The position numbers were made by a program, and so were the translations under genes. Of a stretch of DNA of 64,000 bases, positions 47,850 through 57,715 are shown one piece after another. This DNA comes from an uncultured Chitinophaga sp. (GTDB lineage Bacteria > Bacteroidota > Bacteroidia > Chitinophagales > Chitinophagaceae), in assembly GCA_964606155.1 (NCBI GenBank), contig CAZSGD010000022.1, positions 9,410-73,409 on the forward strand, in the 5' to 3' direction. A model generated the notes under the pieces. That model made no database searches. It worked only from the letters and a program-made list of their open reading frames with translations, and was not told where the DNA came from. Position 1 is the first letter of the stretch; each line of letters opens with the position of its first letter.

Positions 47850-48266
47850 CTATTTTTGTATCCTGATGGAATCGGGATGTTTTTCACCCCTGGCCTGTTC
47901 TTCCTTGTATTTCGAAGGACATTTTGGTTGTATGGATGAGCATTCAAATTGTCCGTTCATGTATTTCCCTTTCATCACAATACTTGAACTCATTTCCAGG
48001 TTATCCGGCTTTGCATCATGATACACCACTTTTACTTTTTTACCCAGCGTATCAACAGCGGTAAAGCTCAGATAGTTCGGATTTTTCACCGCATCATATT
48101 CGATGGGTTGTGATTTATCCAGCCTGGCCATCAGGTGTACGTATTTGCCGGGTTTGGCCATGGCAGTGTCGATAGTGTCAAAAGTGCTGGCCCCTTTCAG
48201 GAAAGTGAGCAGGACGGCGATCGCTCCGGCGATCAGTACCAGCAAAGCAATGTGGATTTTCTTCAT
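47850..48266 (-). CDS. ccmE: CcmE-like heme chaperone, CxxxY variant
   Basis: N-terminal membrane anchor, OB-fold-sized body, and C-terminal KCPSKY in place of HxxxY. Confidence 0.75.
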   Translation of the reverse strand: MKKIHIALLVLIAGAIAVLLTFLKGASTFDTIDTAMAKPGKYVHLMARLDKSQPIEYDAVKNPNYLSFTAVDTLGKKVKVVYHDAKPDNLEMSSSIVMKGKYMNGQFECSSIQPKCPSKYKEEQARGEKHPDSIRIQK

Positions 48267-48285
48267 GGGTTACACGTTTGCGGTG

Positions 48286-48293
48286 CAAAGGTA
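48286..48293 (-). promoter_or_regulatory. candidate -7 box TACCTTTG, 19 nt upstream of the ccmE ATG
   Basis: Exact TAnnTTTG match on the minus strand. Confidence 0.35.
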
Positions 48294-48384
48294 ATTCAAA
48301 ATGCTTCGTATTGACCTGTTTTGTCGTCGTATTTCCATAATTAGTTGCAAATCATCCAGGTTCATTTTCAACGGTCCCAGGCCT

Positions 48385-48392
48385 TATCTTTG
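48385..48392 (+). promoter_or_regulatory. candidate -7 box TATCTTTG, 49 nt upstream of ATG 48442
   Basis: Exact TAnnTTTG match. Confidence 0.35.
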
Positions 48393-48441
48393 TGGCCGCT
48401 TTCACGCCAGGAAATCTAATTATTATAATATATTAAGCCAT

Positions 48442-49596
48442 ATGCTGTTTCAACTCACCGAAGAACAATTGATGATCCAAAAAGCCGCAAAGGATTTTGC
48501 ACAGAATGAATGCCTGCCCGGAGTTATTGAAAGAGATGAAAAACAACAGTTCCCTAAAGAACAGATCATGAAACTGGCAGACCTCGGTTTTCTGGGCATG
48601 ATGGTGGACCCCCAATACGGTGGTGCCGGTATGGATACTATCAGTTATGTGCTGGCTATGGAAGAGATCAGCAAGGTGGATGCCAGTGTGAGTGTGGTGA
48701 TGAGTGTCAATAACAGCCTTGTTTGTTATGGTTTGCAACAATATGGCACTGAAGAACAAAAACAAAAATACCTGGTGCCGCTGGCGCAGGGCAAAAAAAA
48801 CGGGGAACTCTATATCGGCGCTTTTATGCTTAGTGAACCGGAAGCAGGCAGTGATGCCACTTCGCAGCGTACCACAGCCGAAGATAAAGGCGATTATTAT
48901 TTATTGAATGGTACCAAGAACTGGATCACCAACGGGGGTACTGCTTCTGCCTACCTGGTAATGGCACAAACAGATGCCTCCAAAGGATCAAGGGGTATCA
49001 ATACCCTGATCGTGGAAAAAGACTGGCCGGGTGTGGTGGTGGCTGCTAAAGAAAATAAGTTAGGTATTCGCGGCAGCGATACACATACCGTGATGTTCAA
49101 TGATGTGAAAGTGCCAAAAGCCAATCGTATTGGCGAAGATGGTTTTGGATTCAAATTCGCCATGAAAACACTGGCCGGCGGACGGATCGGTATCGCCTCC
49201 CAGGCATTGGGAATTGCCAGCGGGGCTTATGAATTGGCCAGGGAATATTCCAAAACAAGAAAAGCTTTTGGAACCGAGATCATGAACCACCAGGCCATTG
49301 CGTTCAAGCTGGCGGATATGGCTACAAGAGTGGAAGCGGCCCGGTTGTTATGCCTGAAAGCAGCATGGGAAAAAGATAATAATATGGATTATACGCTAAG
49401 CTCATCCATGGCAAAAGTGTTTGCTTCTGAAACCGCGATGTGGACAGCTGTTGAAGCCGTGCAGGTGCATGGCGGATATGGATTTGTAAAAGAATACCAT
49501 GTGGAGCGGCTGATGCGTGATGCCAAGATCACCCAGATCTATGAAGGCACCAGCGAAGTACAGCGAATCGTAATAAGCCGAAGTATTTTGAAGTAA
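48442..49596 (+). CDS. acyl-CoA dehydrogenase
   Basis: MLFQLTEEQLMIQKAAKDFA, GAFMLSEPEAGSD and IYEGTSEVQR. ATG 48442 is preferred over the track start at 48301. Confidence 0.92.
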   Translation: MLFQLTEEQLMIQKAAKDFAQNECLPGVIERDEKQQFPKEQIMKLADLGFLGMMVDPQYGGAGMDTISYVLAMEEISKVDASVSVVMSVNNSLVCYGLQQYGTEEQKQKYLVPLAQGKKNGELYIGAFMLSEPEAGSDATSQRTTAEDKGDYYLLNGTKNWITNGGTASAYLVMAQTDASKGSRGINTLIVEKDWPGVVVAAKENKLGIRGSDTHTVMFNDVKVPKANRIGEDGFGFKFAMKTLAGGRIGIASQALGIASGAYELAREYSKTRKAFGTEIMNHQAIAFKLADMATRVEAARLLCLKAAWEKDNNMDYTLSSSMAKVFASETAMWTAVEAVQVHGGYGFVKEYHVERLMRDAKITQIYEGTSEVQRIVISRSILK

Positions 49597-49615
49597 CTTT
49601 GTTCAGGCAGGTCGT

Positions 49616-49643
49616 AATTGGGAAAACTCTCAATTTCCCAATT
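49616..49643 (+). terminator. hairpin after the acyl-CoA dehydrogenase stop (possible terminator), embedded in a CAATTT octamer array
   Basis: aattgggaaa / actctcaa / tttcccaatt gives a 10-bp perfect stem. There is no strong T-run. Confidence 0.4.
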
Positions 49644-49673
49644 TGCCAATTTCCCGGTTCCAAAATTCCATTC

Positions 49674-50339
49674 ATGCCTGTTAACGAAGCAGCATATCTT
49701 GATATTAAAGGGGATCTTGATCAAAACAATGTCACCCTCGTGGCTGTTTCCAAAACAAAGCCCGTGGAAGATATCATGGCCCTTTTCAGGCTGGGGCATC
49801 TTGATTTTGGAGAAAACTATGTACAGGAGCTGGTGGATAAAGTGGCCCACCTGCCCAAAACCATCCGCTGGCATTTTATCGGACACCTGCAAACCAATAA
49901 GGTGAAATACATTGCACCTTTTGTGCAACTGATACAGGGCGTGGACAGTCTGAAATTGTTGAAAGAGATCAATAAGCAGGCGGGCAAAATGGGCCGTGTC
50001 ATCGATTGCCTGCTGCAGGTCCATATTGCCCGGGAAGAAACCAAGTTTGGGTTGGATGAAAAAGAACTGGAAGGGGCGGTTGGTCATCTCTCTAAAGAAC
50101 CAATGCCGCATGTAAGGGTCATCGGCCTTATGGGAATGGCCAGTTTTACGGGTGACCTTGTGACGGTGCGTGAAGAGTTTCAGTCGCTGAAAAAGATATT
50201 CGAACGGGTGAAGACAATCCTCCCGGGTTTAACAACATTATCCATGGGCATGAGCAGCGATTACAGGATCGCTGTGGAAGAAGGCAGCACCATGGTCCGT
50301 ATCGGCAGCCTCTTATTTGGCGAACGGGATAAGTCATAA
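49674..50339 (+). CDS. YggS-family pyridoxal-phosphate homeostasis protein
   Basis: VTLVAVSKTKP (PLP lysine) and SMGMSSDY. ATG 49674 is preferred. Confidence 0.9.
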   Translation: MPVNEAAYLDIKGDLDQNNVTLVAVSKTKPVEDIMALFRLGHLDFGENYVQELVDKVAHLPKTIRWHFIGHLQTNKVKYIAPFVQLIQGVDSLKLLKEINKQAGKMGRVIDCLLQVHIAREETKFGLDEKELEGAVGHLSKEPMPHVRVIGLMGMASFTGDLVTVREEFQSLKKIFERVKTILPGLTTLSMGMSSDYRIAVEEGSTMVRIGSLLFGERDKS

Positions 50340-50396
50340 CGGCAGCAGCTATCCGAAATTGCTAATTATTCGTATTTTAACCTTCAAACACCACAC

Positions 50397-50873
50397 ATGC
50401 GGTACTTTTTCTTAGTTGTACTGCTGGGTACTGTCTTTTCTTTACAGGCCCAGAAATCAAGGGATACCGTTTTTAAACGTTGCCCGGTTTTCATTACAGA
50501 TACCGTTAGTTCCAACAATTTTTTTATAGAAGGACTGGCCGCCACCATGCGGGTGTACCGTACAAAAGGGGAATTAACGATCCAGTTCCAGCAGCGTGAC
50601 CAGTATTTCACCCTTTTCTTTCACATGAAAAACCTGAAAGAAAAAAACTATAAGATAGAGGAAGGCTCCGGCAAGCGAAGAGAAGTGGAGATCGCTTATT
50701 CCTTCAAATCGGGGGAACAGGTATCCTACATCAGTCTCTCCTCGGGCAAACTGGCGGTTAGTTTTGACAAGGAAAAGGATATGTGGCACCTGGTGGTGAA
50801 TGGTATGATACGCAACATGGTGGAGCGGTCTGTTACCTATTACAAAGTAAAAGCTGATTTTTTCGTGCAATGA
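50397..50873 (+). CDS. hypothetical secreted protein
   Basis: Signal peptide MRYFFLVVLLGTVFSLQAQ. Confidence 0.55.
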   Translation: MRYFFLVVLLGTVFSLQAQKSRDTVFKRCPVFITDTVSSNNFFIEGLAATMRVYRTKGELTIQFQQRDQYFTLFFHMKNLKEKNYKIEEGSGKRREVEIAYSFKSGEQVSYISLSSGKLAVSFDKEKDMWHLVVNGMIRNMVERSVTYYKVKADFFVQ

Positions 50874-50879
50874 TCACCG

Positions 50880-51533
50880 TTATTCATTAGGATAACCGGG
50901 TACATTCTTTCCGAGGTAGATATGTCTTTCTGCTTTCAGCATATTGCCCACATCCTTGGGGGCCAGCACGCCACTGCCACCGAGGCCCTGGTGGTACTTA
51001 CGCTGCTCTGCTGTCAATAAAGGATCGTCATCAAAAACATATTCATCTATCCAATAGGCGGTCTTCCCCGGCTCCTTGATAAATACATGGATATGTGCCG
51101 GGTTCTGGCTGTTGGGGTAGGAGGCCGGTTTTAATGTAAAGAATTTGTATTCCCCCTTTTCATTGGTCTTCATCCAGCCGCGTAAATAGCCATGCCTTTT
51201 CTCCCAGCCTTTCTCACCGCCTTTGGTGGGATATATCCCATTTTGATCAGTATGGTAGATATAAATGATCACACCGGCAGCCGGCGTTTTGCCATCTGCT
51301 TTGTATACAATACCATTTACGGCCAGCTTAGTGCCTTTATCATTCCAATCGGGCAGGTGCACCATATTTTCTAATTTGTCAAAAGCAACAGGGCTTTCAT
51401 AAATGGCTTCGCATCCTTCGCAGCGGCCACCCACTTTCTGGTCGGCTGTGCTTTCTTTGTTGACAGGGGCCGTTTGTGAACAAGCGCTGAGCGTGATTGC
51501 GGAAAACCCGAGGAGCAGCCATATTGATTTCAT
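50880..51533 (-). CDS. intradiol ring-cleavage dioxygenase-like lipoprotein
   Basis: Lipobox TLSAC. GIIYIYHTDQNGIY, RGW...GEYKFFTLKPASYP...PAHIH. Confidence 0.72.
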   Translation of the reverse strand: MKSIWLLLGFSAITLSACSQTAPVNKESTADQKVGGRCEGCEAIYESPVAFDKLENMVHLPDWNDKGTKLAVNGIVYKADGKTPAAGVIIYIYHTDQNGIYPTKGGEKGWEKRHGYLRGWMKTNEKGEYKFFTLKPASYPNSQNPAHIHVFIKEPGKTAYWIDEYVFDDDPLLTAEQRKYHQGLGGSGVLAPKDVGNMLKAERHIYLGKNVPGYPNE

Positions 51534-51698
51534 ATGAGTTATTTGATGATAAAGTTGGCGCCCGCCACCTGTTTATTCAAATTCTTTACACGAATGGGGT
51601 ACTTTGCCTGATGAAATGAGAACTGCATTTTATCAACGAAATGCTGCCGGTGGTGTAATCGCTTTTGCCGCAGGGAATTTGTAATTTTATTTTGAACT

Positions 51699-52727
51699 AT
51701 GCACAACGCGGCTTTCTTTATAAAATACAAACTGCACCATCTCCTGTTTTGGTTGCTGGTGGCAGGTATCTGGTTCTTCCTGCGGGTGGATGATTATTCA
51801 TCACCTGTAAAAGCCTTTTATGTCACGATGATCAAGGTTATCGACCTGGCGCTGATGATCTATATCACCAATTACCTGCTCATCCCGCAACTGCTCTATA
51901 AAAAAGGATATGTCTGGTTCACACTGGTGTTCGTCGTGATGGTGCTGTCCAGCAGTGTGTGGAAAATGAGCATTATCGGCCATTATATCAATAACCCGGC
52001 CCTGTACGACTGGTCCACCGATGTAAAAAGGCGGATATACGATAACGTTATACCCCATTTCTTCCTGGTCATTGCCGGGGCAGCGGTAAAGTTATTGTTC
52101 GACTATAGTAAACTGCAGCAGCGAATGGCGCAGACCGCCCGTGAAAAAGCAGAAGCAGAATTGAATTTCCTGAAATCACAGATCAACCCGCATTTTCTCT
52201 TCAATTCACTGAACTCCGTCTATTTCCTCATTCATAAAGACAACACGGAAGCCCGGGAATCACTGCATAAGTTCTCTGAAATGCTCCGTTACCAGCTGTA
52301 CGAAATGAACGGGGATAAGATACCTATTGAAAAAGAGATCCATTACCTGAAGGATTATGTGTACCTGCAGCAGTTACGCAAAGATGAAAAGTATTCGGTG
52401 CAGTTTCATTGCGATACGGCCGTAAAAGATTTTTTTATCGAACCTTTATTGCTTGTTCCGTTTGTAGAAAATGCATTTAAGCATATTTCACATCACAACG
52501 ACCGGGTTAATTTTATCCGCATGGATATGCAGCGTTCCAATGGGGTTTTTTCATTCTCTGTCGAGAATTCCAAAGAAAACGGCAGGCAAACAGAAGAAAA
52601 AAGCGGCGGTATCGGGCTGGTGAATGTAAGACGGAGACTGGAATTATTATATCCGGGTAAATATGAACTGAAAGTGGATGAAACCAGCGATAAATATTGG
52701 GTCCATTTAAATCTACAACTGTCATGA
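51699..52727 (+). CDS. LytS-type sensor histidine kinase
   Basis: FLKSQINPHFLFNSLNSVY (His_kinase domain), N-terminal TM segments and an HATPase tail. Confidence 0.85.
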   Translation: MHNAAFFIKYKLHHLLFWLLVAGIWFFLRVDDYSSPVKAFYVTMIKVIDLALMIYITNYLLIPQLLYKKGYVWFTLVFVVMVLSSSVWKMSIIGHYINNPALYDWSTDVKRRIYDNVIPHFFLVIAGAAVKLLFDYSKLQQRMAQTAREKAEAELNFLKSQINPHFLFNSLNSVYFLIHKDNTEARESLHKFSEMLRYQLYEMNGDKIPIEKEIHYLKDYVYLQQLRKDEKYSVQFHCDTAVKDFFIEPLLLVPFVENAFKHISHHNDRVNFIRMDMQRSNGVFSFSVENSKENGRQTEEKSGGIGLVNVRRRLELLYPGKYELKVDETSDKYWVHLNLQLS

Positions 52728-53440
52728 AAATACGCTGTATCATAATCGACGATGAACCATTGGCAAGAAAAGGACTGAAGGAATACGTGGCAGATGTGGA
52801 TTTCCTGGAACTGGTCGGGGAGTTTGATAATGCCGTTAAAGCCGCAGAAATGATCAGTAAAGGAGAAGTAAAGTTGTTATTTCTCGATATACAGATGCCT
52901 AAAATAACCGGGCTGGAATTTTTCAGGACACTGCAGCAAGCCCCGCCGGTCATATTCACCACCGCTTATCCGCAATATGCATTGGAGGGATTTGAAGTAA
53001 ATGCACTGGATTACCTGGTAAAGCCTATTTCGTTCGACCGGTTTTTAAAAGCGGTGCAGAAAGTGCGGGAATACTATGAGGTAAGAGGCAAGAATTCCGC
53101 AGAAGGCAATACATCGGAGTACTTCTTTATCAAAGCAGATAATAAACTGGTGAAGATATTTTATAAGGATGTATTGTTTGTGGAAGCCGTGCAGAATTAT
53201 GTCACCATTCATACGGCCGAAAAGAAATACATGACCTATCTCACGTTCAAATCGGTGGAGGAATACCTGCCGGCAGACCAGTTTTTCAAAGTGCATAAAT
53301 CTTACATCGTGGCCGCTTCCAGGATCGACAGTATCGAAGGCAATGAGATACGGATCGGGCAGCATCATATTCCCATCAGCCGCAACCAGAAGGATGAGGT
53401 GATGGATAAGTTGCTTAAAAACCGGTTTTTGAAGCGATAG
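52724..53440 (+). CDS. LytTR-family response regulator
   Basis: MKIRCIIIDDEPLA and LFLDIQMP receiver, with a C-terminal LytTR domain. ATGA overlap with the kinase stop. Confidence 0.9.
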   Translation: MKIRCIIIDDEPLARKGLKEYVADVDFLELVGEFDNAVKAAEMISKGEVKLLFLDIQMPKITGLEFFRTLQQAPPVIFTTAYPQYALEGFEVNALDYLVKPISFDRFLKAVQKVREYYEVRGKNSAEGNTSEYFFIKADNKLVKIFYKDVLFVEAVQNYVTIHTAEKKYMTYLTFKSVEEYLPADQFFKVHKSYIVAASRIDSIEGNEIRIGQHHIPISRNQKDEVMDKLLKNRFLKR

Positions 53441-53520
53441 CCTGCCGCAGCGAAAAAGAGCAGCGCCTTGTCCTTTTATAAAGCCCGTTTTTTCCGTAAC
53501 TTTAAAAGAATGTCTGTGAA

Positions 53521-54510
53521 ATGAGGAGCTTGCTGATCATATCATTCCTCCTCCTGCTTCAACCTGTAAAGGCACAGGATGAAATTGAATTATTGTCCCG
53601 CGAAATCACCCATGGCTGCAAGACGGATAAAGAAAAAGTAACTAAAATATTCCGCTGGATTACCGACAATATCAGCTACCGGACCCAATACGACCGTATG
53701 AAAGTGATTGGCTCTGCGTCGAAAAAATTTGCCCAAACAGAATTTGACACAGATACCGGAGCGCTGAAACCTTTGAATGTGCGGGTGTCTGAAACGGTTC
53801 TGCGTAACAGGGTGGCGGTGTGCGATGGCTATTCAAGATTATTTGCCACCTTATGCGAATATGCAGGCATCCGTTCCGAAGTGATTATTGGATATGCGAG
53901 AGGAAGTATTCACCGGCCCGATCTGAAATTTTCGGTTAACCATTACTGGAATGCAGTTTTTTTCGACAATAAATGGCAATTGCTGGATGCTACCTGGGCC
54001 AGTGGTTATATTACCCGCCAAACCGGGGAGTTTGTAAGGGAATATGATCCCCATTATTTTTTAACAAGGCCCGAAGATTTTATCCGGGACCATTACCCGG
54101 ACGATCAGCGATGGACATTACTTACGGATGATGCCGTACCGGACGAATTCAAACACTCGCCTTTCAAACAAAAATCATTTCTCAAATACAGGATCACTTC
54201 TTTCCTGCCATCTGGAGGAGTGATCGAGGCATCGGTGGGAGATGTCATTCAATTGGAATTAGTGACGGCCGACCCGGAGAAGGACAAAAAAATATCACCG
54301 GATATGTTGCTGGATTCAGCCATTTTCACACAATCGGCATCCTGGATATTCCTGGACCCGCTGGAGAAAGAAATAACCCCGGTATTTCCCCATAAATACA
54401 ATTATTCATTCAGGGTGGAATCGCCCGATGTGGAGTGGTTATACCTGAAATATAACAACGACCTGGTACTGCGTTATAAAATCAATATCCGAAATAGAAA
54501 ATTGAATTGA
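53521..54510 (+). CDS. transglutaminase-like cysteine protease domain protein
   Basis: Cys-His-Asp context: VAVCDGYSRLF, HYWNAV and LLDATW. Confidence 0.8.
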   Translation: MRSLLIISFLLLLQPVKAQDEIELLSREITHGCKTDKEKVTKIFRWITDNISYRTQYDRMKVIGSASKKFAQTEFDTDTGALKPLNVRVSETVLRNRVAVCDGYSRLFATLCEYAGIRSEVIIGYARGSIHRPDLKFSVNHYWNAVFFDNKWQLLDATWASGYITRQTGEFVREYDPHYFLTRPEDFIRDHYPDDQRWTLLTDDAVPDEFKHSPFKQKSFLKYRITSFLPSGGVIEASVGDVIQLELVTADPEKDKKISPDMLLDSAIFTQSASWIFLDPLEKEITPVFPHKYNYSFRVESPDVEWLYLKYNNDLVLRYKINIRNRKLN

Positions 54511-54511
54511 T

Positions 54512-54664
54512 CTAGCTGCCTCTTTGCGAACCCGTATTTTGCTGCTTGCTCACAAACCCTGACTTCGGTTTTTGGATGAATTTTGAACCCTGGTTATTCG
54601 CCTGGTTACCTTTCTTATTGTCTTTCTTTTTTCCTTTGTTGTTTTGCTGATTCAGTAATGACAT
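54512..54664 (-). CDS. possible small basic protein (50 aa, below the track cutoff)
   Basis: My translation is MSLLNQQNNKGKKKDNKKGNQANNQGSKFIQKPKSGFVSKQQNTGSQRGS*. Its ATG lies 8 nt after the stop of the upstream co-directional gene. Confidence 0.3.
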   Translation of the reverse strand: MSLLNQQNNKGKKKDNKKGNQANNQGSKFIQKPKSGFVSKQQNTGSQRGS

Positions 54665-54672
54665 AGGGGATA

Positions 54673-55164
54673 TTATTTTTTATAAAGATAATGCTTATTC
54701 GCCATGAGTGAAACAGGTAGTCCTATACAAAATATTAATATCAGTATGGGCAACCAGATCTTCGGGAATACCACTGGTCCGGCCTGTATGGCGCTGAGCC
54801 TTACGATGACCTGTGTGGTGATCGCCCATGCAAAAATGCCATAGAATATTCCCGCCAGTATTTTATTTTTCCCGATCCAGCTGATCCGGGGATATAGCCA
54901 AAAGAAAAAAATAGTGAGACCGAATGCGATGAGATAATGAAATAAAAGGCCCCAAGCGGCCATGGGGGTGCCACCAGCATAGGCTTTTTTGCCAAATACC
55001 CCACTGGCAATATACCGGAGCACCGGGCCCGGCCCCTTTCCGGTTTTGCTATAAAATTGAATACAGGCGGCTATGATATCCAGTGTGCCGGCTACGAGGC
55101 CCGTGAGTAAAATGGCCTGCGGTAATTTACGCAAAGGCCCTGCAGTGCGGGGGGGTGTGGTCAT
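54673..55164 (-). CDS. hypothetical integral membrane protein
   Basis: 4-5 hydrophobic segments. ATG 55164 is preferred over the track's TTG 55188. Confidence 0.6.
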   Translation of the reverse strand: MTTPPRTAGPLRKLPQAILLTGLVAGTLDIIAACIQFYSKTGKGPGPVLRYIASGVFGKKAYAGGTPMAAWGLLFHYLIAFGLTIFFFWLYPRISWIGKNKILAGIFYGIFAWAITTQVIVRLSAIQAGPVVFPKIWLPILILIFCIGLPVSLMANKHYLYKK

Positions 55165-55285
55165 TGCATGAATTTCAGTCAGAGACAATACCTCAAATAT
55201 AATTGCTGCGGACTTTATATATAAAATAAACCGGTCATCTATTCGTTATTATTCACCCGGACATTTCTACCTAAATCATTACACA

Positions 55286-55924
55286 TTGAAACAGCCACTG
55301 GCCGCAGCCGCCCTGCTGCTCCTATCTCTATTGGGCCATTCCCAACGGGAAAATATAAACGAAAGACCAGCCGGGACCTTCGGCCTGGGTACCCGGAACA
55401 CGGTAAGTATGTTCCAGGAAGACGAGACCCTGGGTAAAGGAATCGGAGGGCAGTTCCGGGTACGGCTGGGAAATAAGCTGAACTCCGAATGGTATTTTGA
55501 TTATATCTCCTCGAAGAATGGAGAGCTGACCTATCGTAACGATTATCATATCGGCTGGTCGCTGATGTTTTACATGGGACAAAATTTCTATGACGACCGC
55601 TTATTCCAGCCTTATTTTATCGTGGGGCATTGTTTTGATAAAAGTAAAGTCACAGACCAATCGGATAAGACCAATACAGCCGAAAGACTGAGCATGGCCA
55701 CCCAGGCAGGCCTGGGAACGCATATTAATATCACGCCGCGTTTTGATTGCTCTTTATCGGCACAATACATGCTGCATTTTGGAAAAGATATTGTGACCAG
55801 TTTTGATGAAGACGGGAAAATGTTGATTCAAAAAGCCGGTTTTACTCACGTGGACGGGCACCTGCTTTTTACCATCAGCTTTAATTATAAACTTTTTCAT
55901 TTGTGGCGGAGCAGGAGAGGGTAG
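55286..55924 (+). CDS. outer-membrane beta-barrel (porin-family-like) protein
   Basis: Signal peptide, alternating-residue strands, and an aromatic residue near the C-terminus. TTG start. Confidence 0.55.
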   Translation: MKQPLAAAALLLLSLLGHSQRENINERPAGTFGLGTRNTVSMFQEDETLGKGIGGQFRVRLGNKLNSEWYFDYISSKNGELTYRNDYHIGWSLMFYMGQNFYDDRLFQPYFIVGHCFDKSKVTDQSDKTNTAERLSMATQAGLGTHINITPRFDCSLSAQYMLHFGKDIVTSFDEDGKMLIQKAGFTHVDGHLLFTISFNYKLFHLWRSRRG

Positions 55925-55930
55925 AAAGGT

Positions 55931-57016
55931 TTACTTGCCGGCGTTGATGGTGCGGCAGGCAGTATTCATCCGTTCATCCACCTGGTTGATGTTGAGATTG
56001 ATCATATCTGCCTGGCGGCTTTCCATATACAATTTGTCAATTTCGCTGTTGGTCTTATCCAACTGGTCTTCGTCAAGATTGGGTAATGTTTTCAATGAAG
56101 CGATCAGTTCTTTCAGCTGTTTATAATTGTTATTGTATAATGACTCGAATTCTTTTTGCAGTTTCTTGATGCCGGATGTGAGCATCTTCACCGAAGTGGG
56201 GGCGTCGGGTGGAAACACCGGTCCTTCGTTTTTGAATTGGGCGGTATCCAGCCGGACCTGCAATTTTTGCGGATCATAATATTTCTGTATCAATGCCTCC
56301 ACGCTCATATCTTTTACCGTTGCCCGGTTGATATTCCTGTCAAGCGTGCAAATACAATCCACCAGGAAATCTTTCAGGTCGCTTTTTATTTCTTCGGAAC
56401 GATCGAGGAGCACCTGTACATCTTCTCCAAATTGCTCGTTGATGGAATTCAGTTTTTCATACTGTGAAAAATATTGCTGGATCCGGCTGATGAAAACATT
56501 CAGGTCTTCTTTGGTGATGGATCGCTCCACGATGACCAGGTTGCCCACCAGGGATAAAACGGTGCTGAAAATGCCCAGGGCAGGTAAGTATTTTTTTACG
56601 GAACTGATGCCATTTTCTTCGGGATTACTTAAGAAATTCTCGATCACATCTTTGAACTTGTGACTGTCTGTTTTTCTTGTTTTATCCAGGATGGGTTTTA
56701 ATGCATTGAGTATTTCATTTTTTAAGCTAAACCCCAGTTCGTTGTTTGTGGGATTGTTCAGCGTGGTGATCTTATTGCGGTAATTATCTTTTTTTAAAAG
56801 ACTGTTGATGGAATTGATGGAATTATTGGCGCTTTCAATGAAATATGCAATGGACAAGATACTGGGCCTGGCATCTTTTTTTATAGGGGGAGGTGGTTGT
56901 GCCAGGCTTACGAAAGACATCGTGATGAGGGGTAGAACAAGGGCCCGTGAAAAATAATGTGCTGCGGTGGTTCTCATCTCCGGCCGTAACCGACCAGAGG
57001 CAGTGATTTGTTTCAT
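55931..57016 (-). CDS. hypothetical secreted coiled-coil protein
   Basis: Long helical, N/K/E/L-rich sequence. A signal-like segment follows M14 (alternative start 56977). Confidence 0.55.
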   Translation of the reverse strand: MKQITASGRLRPEMRTTAAHYFSRALVLPLITMSFVSLAQPPPPIKKDARPSILSIAYFIESANNSINSINSLLKKDNYRNKITTLNNPTNNELGFSLKNEILNALKPILDKTRKTDSHKFKDVIENFLSNPEENGISSVKKYLPALGIFSTVLSLVGNLVIVERSITKEDLNVFISRIQQYFSQYEKLNSINEQFGEDVQVLLDRSEEIKSDLKDFLVDCICTLDRNINRATVKDMSVEALIQKYYDPQKLQVRLDTAQFKNEGPVFPPDAPTSVKMLTSGIKKLQKEFESLYNNNYKQLKELIASLKTLPNLDEDQLDKTNSEIDKLYMESRQADMINLNINQVDERMNTACRTINAGK

Positions 57017-57132
57017 GACGGTGGCTTGTCATTTACAGGAACGCACATTTTCATGATATGTGACAAATGAAATGTTAACTCACAGAAATGTGCCGGTGAA
57101 TTTACTTTTCATTCAAATCTGTAATTTCATAC

Positions 57133-57636
57133 ATGATCAATGCCGAAGCACTTATCCGCCGTTTTAAATTACAGGCCCATCCCGAGGGAGGTTTTTTTTG
57201 CCAGACTTACCGGAGTGAAGAAACGATAAAGAAGGAAGGTCTCCCGGCCAGGTTTACCGGCGATCGTCATATTTCAACCGCTATTTATTTTTTACTGGAT
57301 AAAGGAAATTTTTCGGCCTTTCACCGGATCAAAAGCGATGAGTGCTGGCACTTTTATGCCGGCCGGCCACTGCTTATTTATGAGATCGGCCCGGAAGCGG
57401 AGTTGAAAGTAACCCGGTTGGGCAGCGATATAGAAAACGGTGCATTGTATCAACATGTGGTACCTGCCGGAGTTTGGTTTGCCAGTGAACCTGCACCCGG
57501 GTCTGATTTCTCTTTTGTGGGTTGTACGGTGGCGCCCGGATTTGATTTTGCTGATTTTGAACTGGCGAAAGCAAAAGAATTGACGGCGGTGTATCCCGCC
57601 CATGAAAATATGATCCGTCGTTTGTGCCGGCAATAG
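57133..57636 (+). CDS. cupin domain protein (DUF985-like)
   Basis: [34 protein letters not shown]. Confidence 0.78.
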   Translation: MINAEALIRRFKLQAHPEGGFFCQTYRSEETIKKEGLPARFTGDRHISTAIYFLLDKGNFSAFHRIKSDECWHFYAGRPLLIYEIGPEAELKVTRLGSDIENGALYQHVVPAGVWFASEPAPGSDFSFVGCTVAPGFDFADFELAKAKELTAVYPAHENMIRRLCRQ

Positions 57637-57701
57637 GCCTCATTTTATATGTAAAAGCCTGGTTTTGCTTCTCCCTGAATATCATAATGGCCTCTATTCC
57701 T

Positions 57702-57709
57702 TAAATTTG
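57702..57709 (+). promoter_or_regulatory. candidate -7 box TAAATTTG, 6 nt upstream of the glnS ATG
   Basis: Exact TAnnTTTG match. Confidence 0.4.
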
Positions 57710-57715
57710 CAGACT

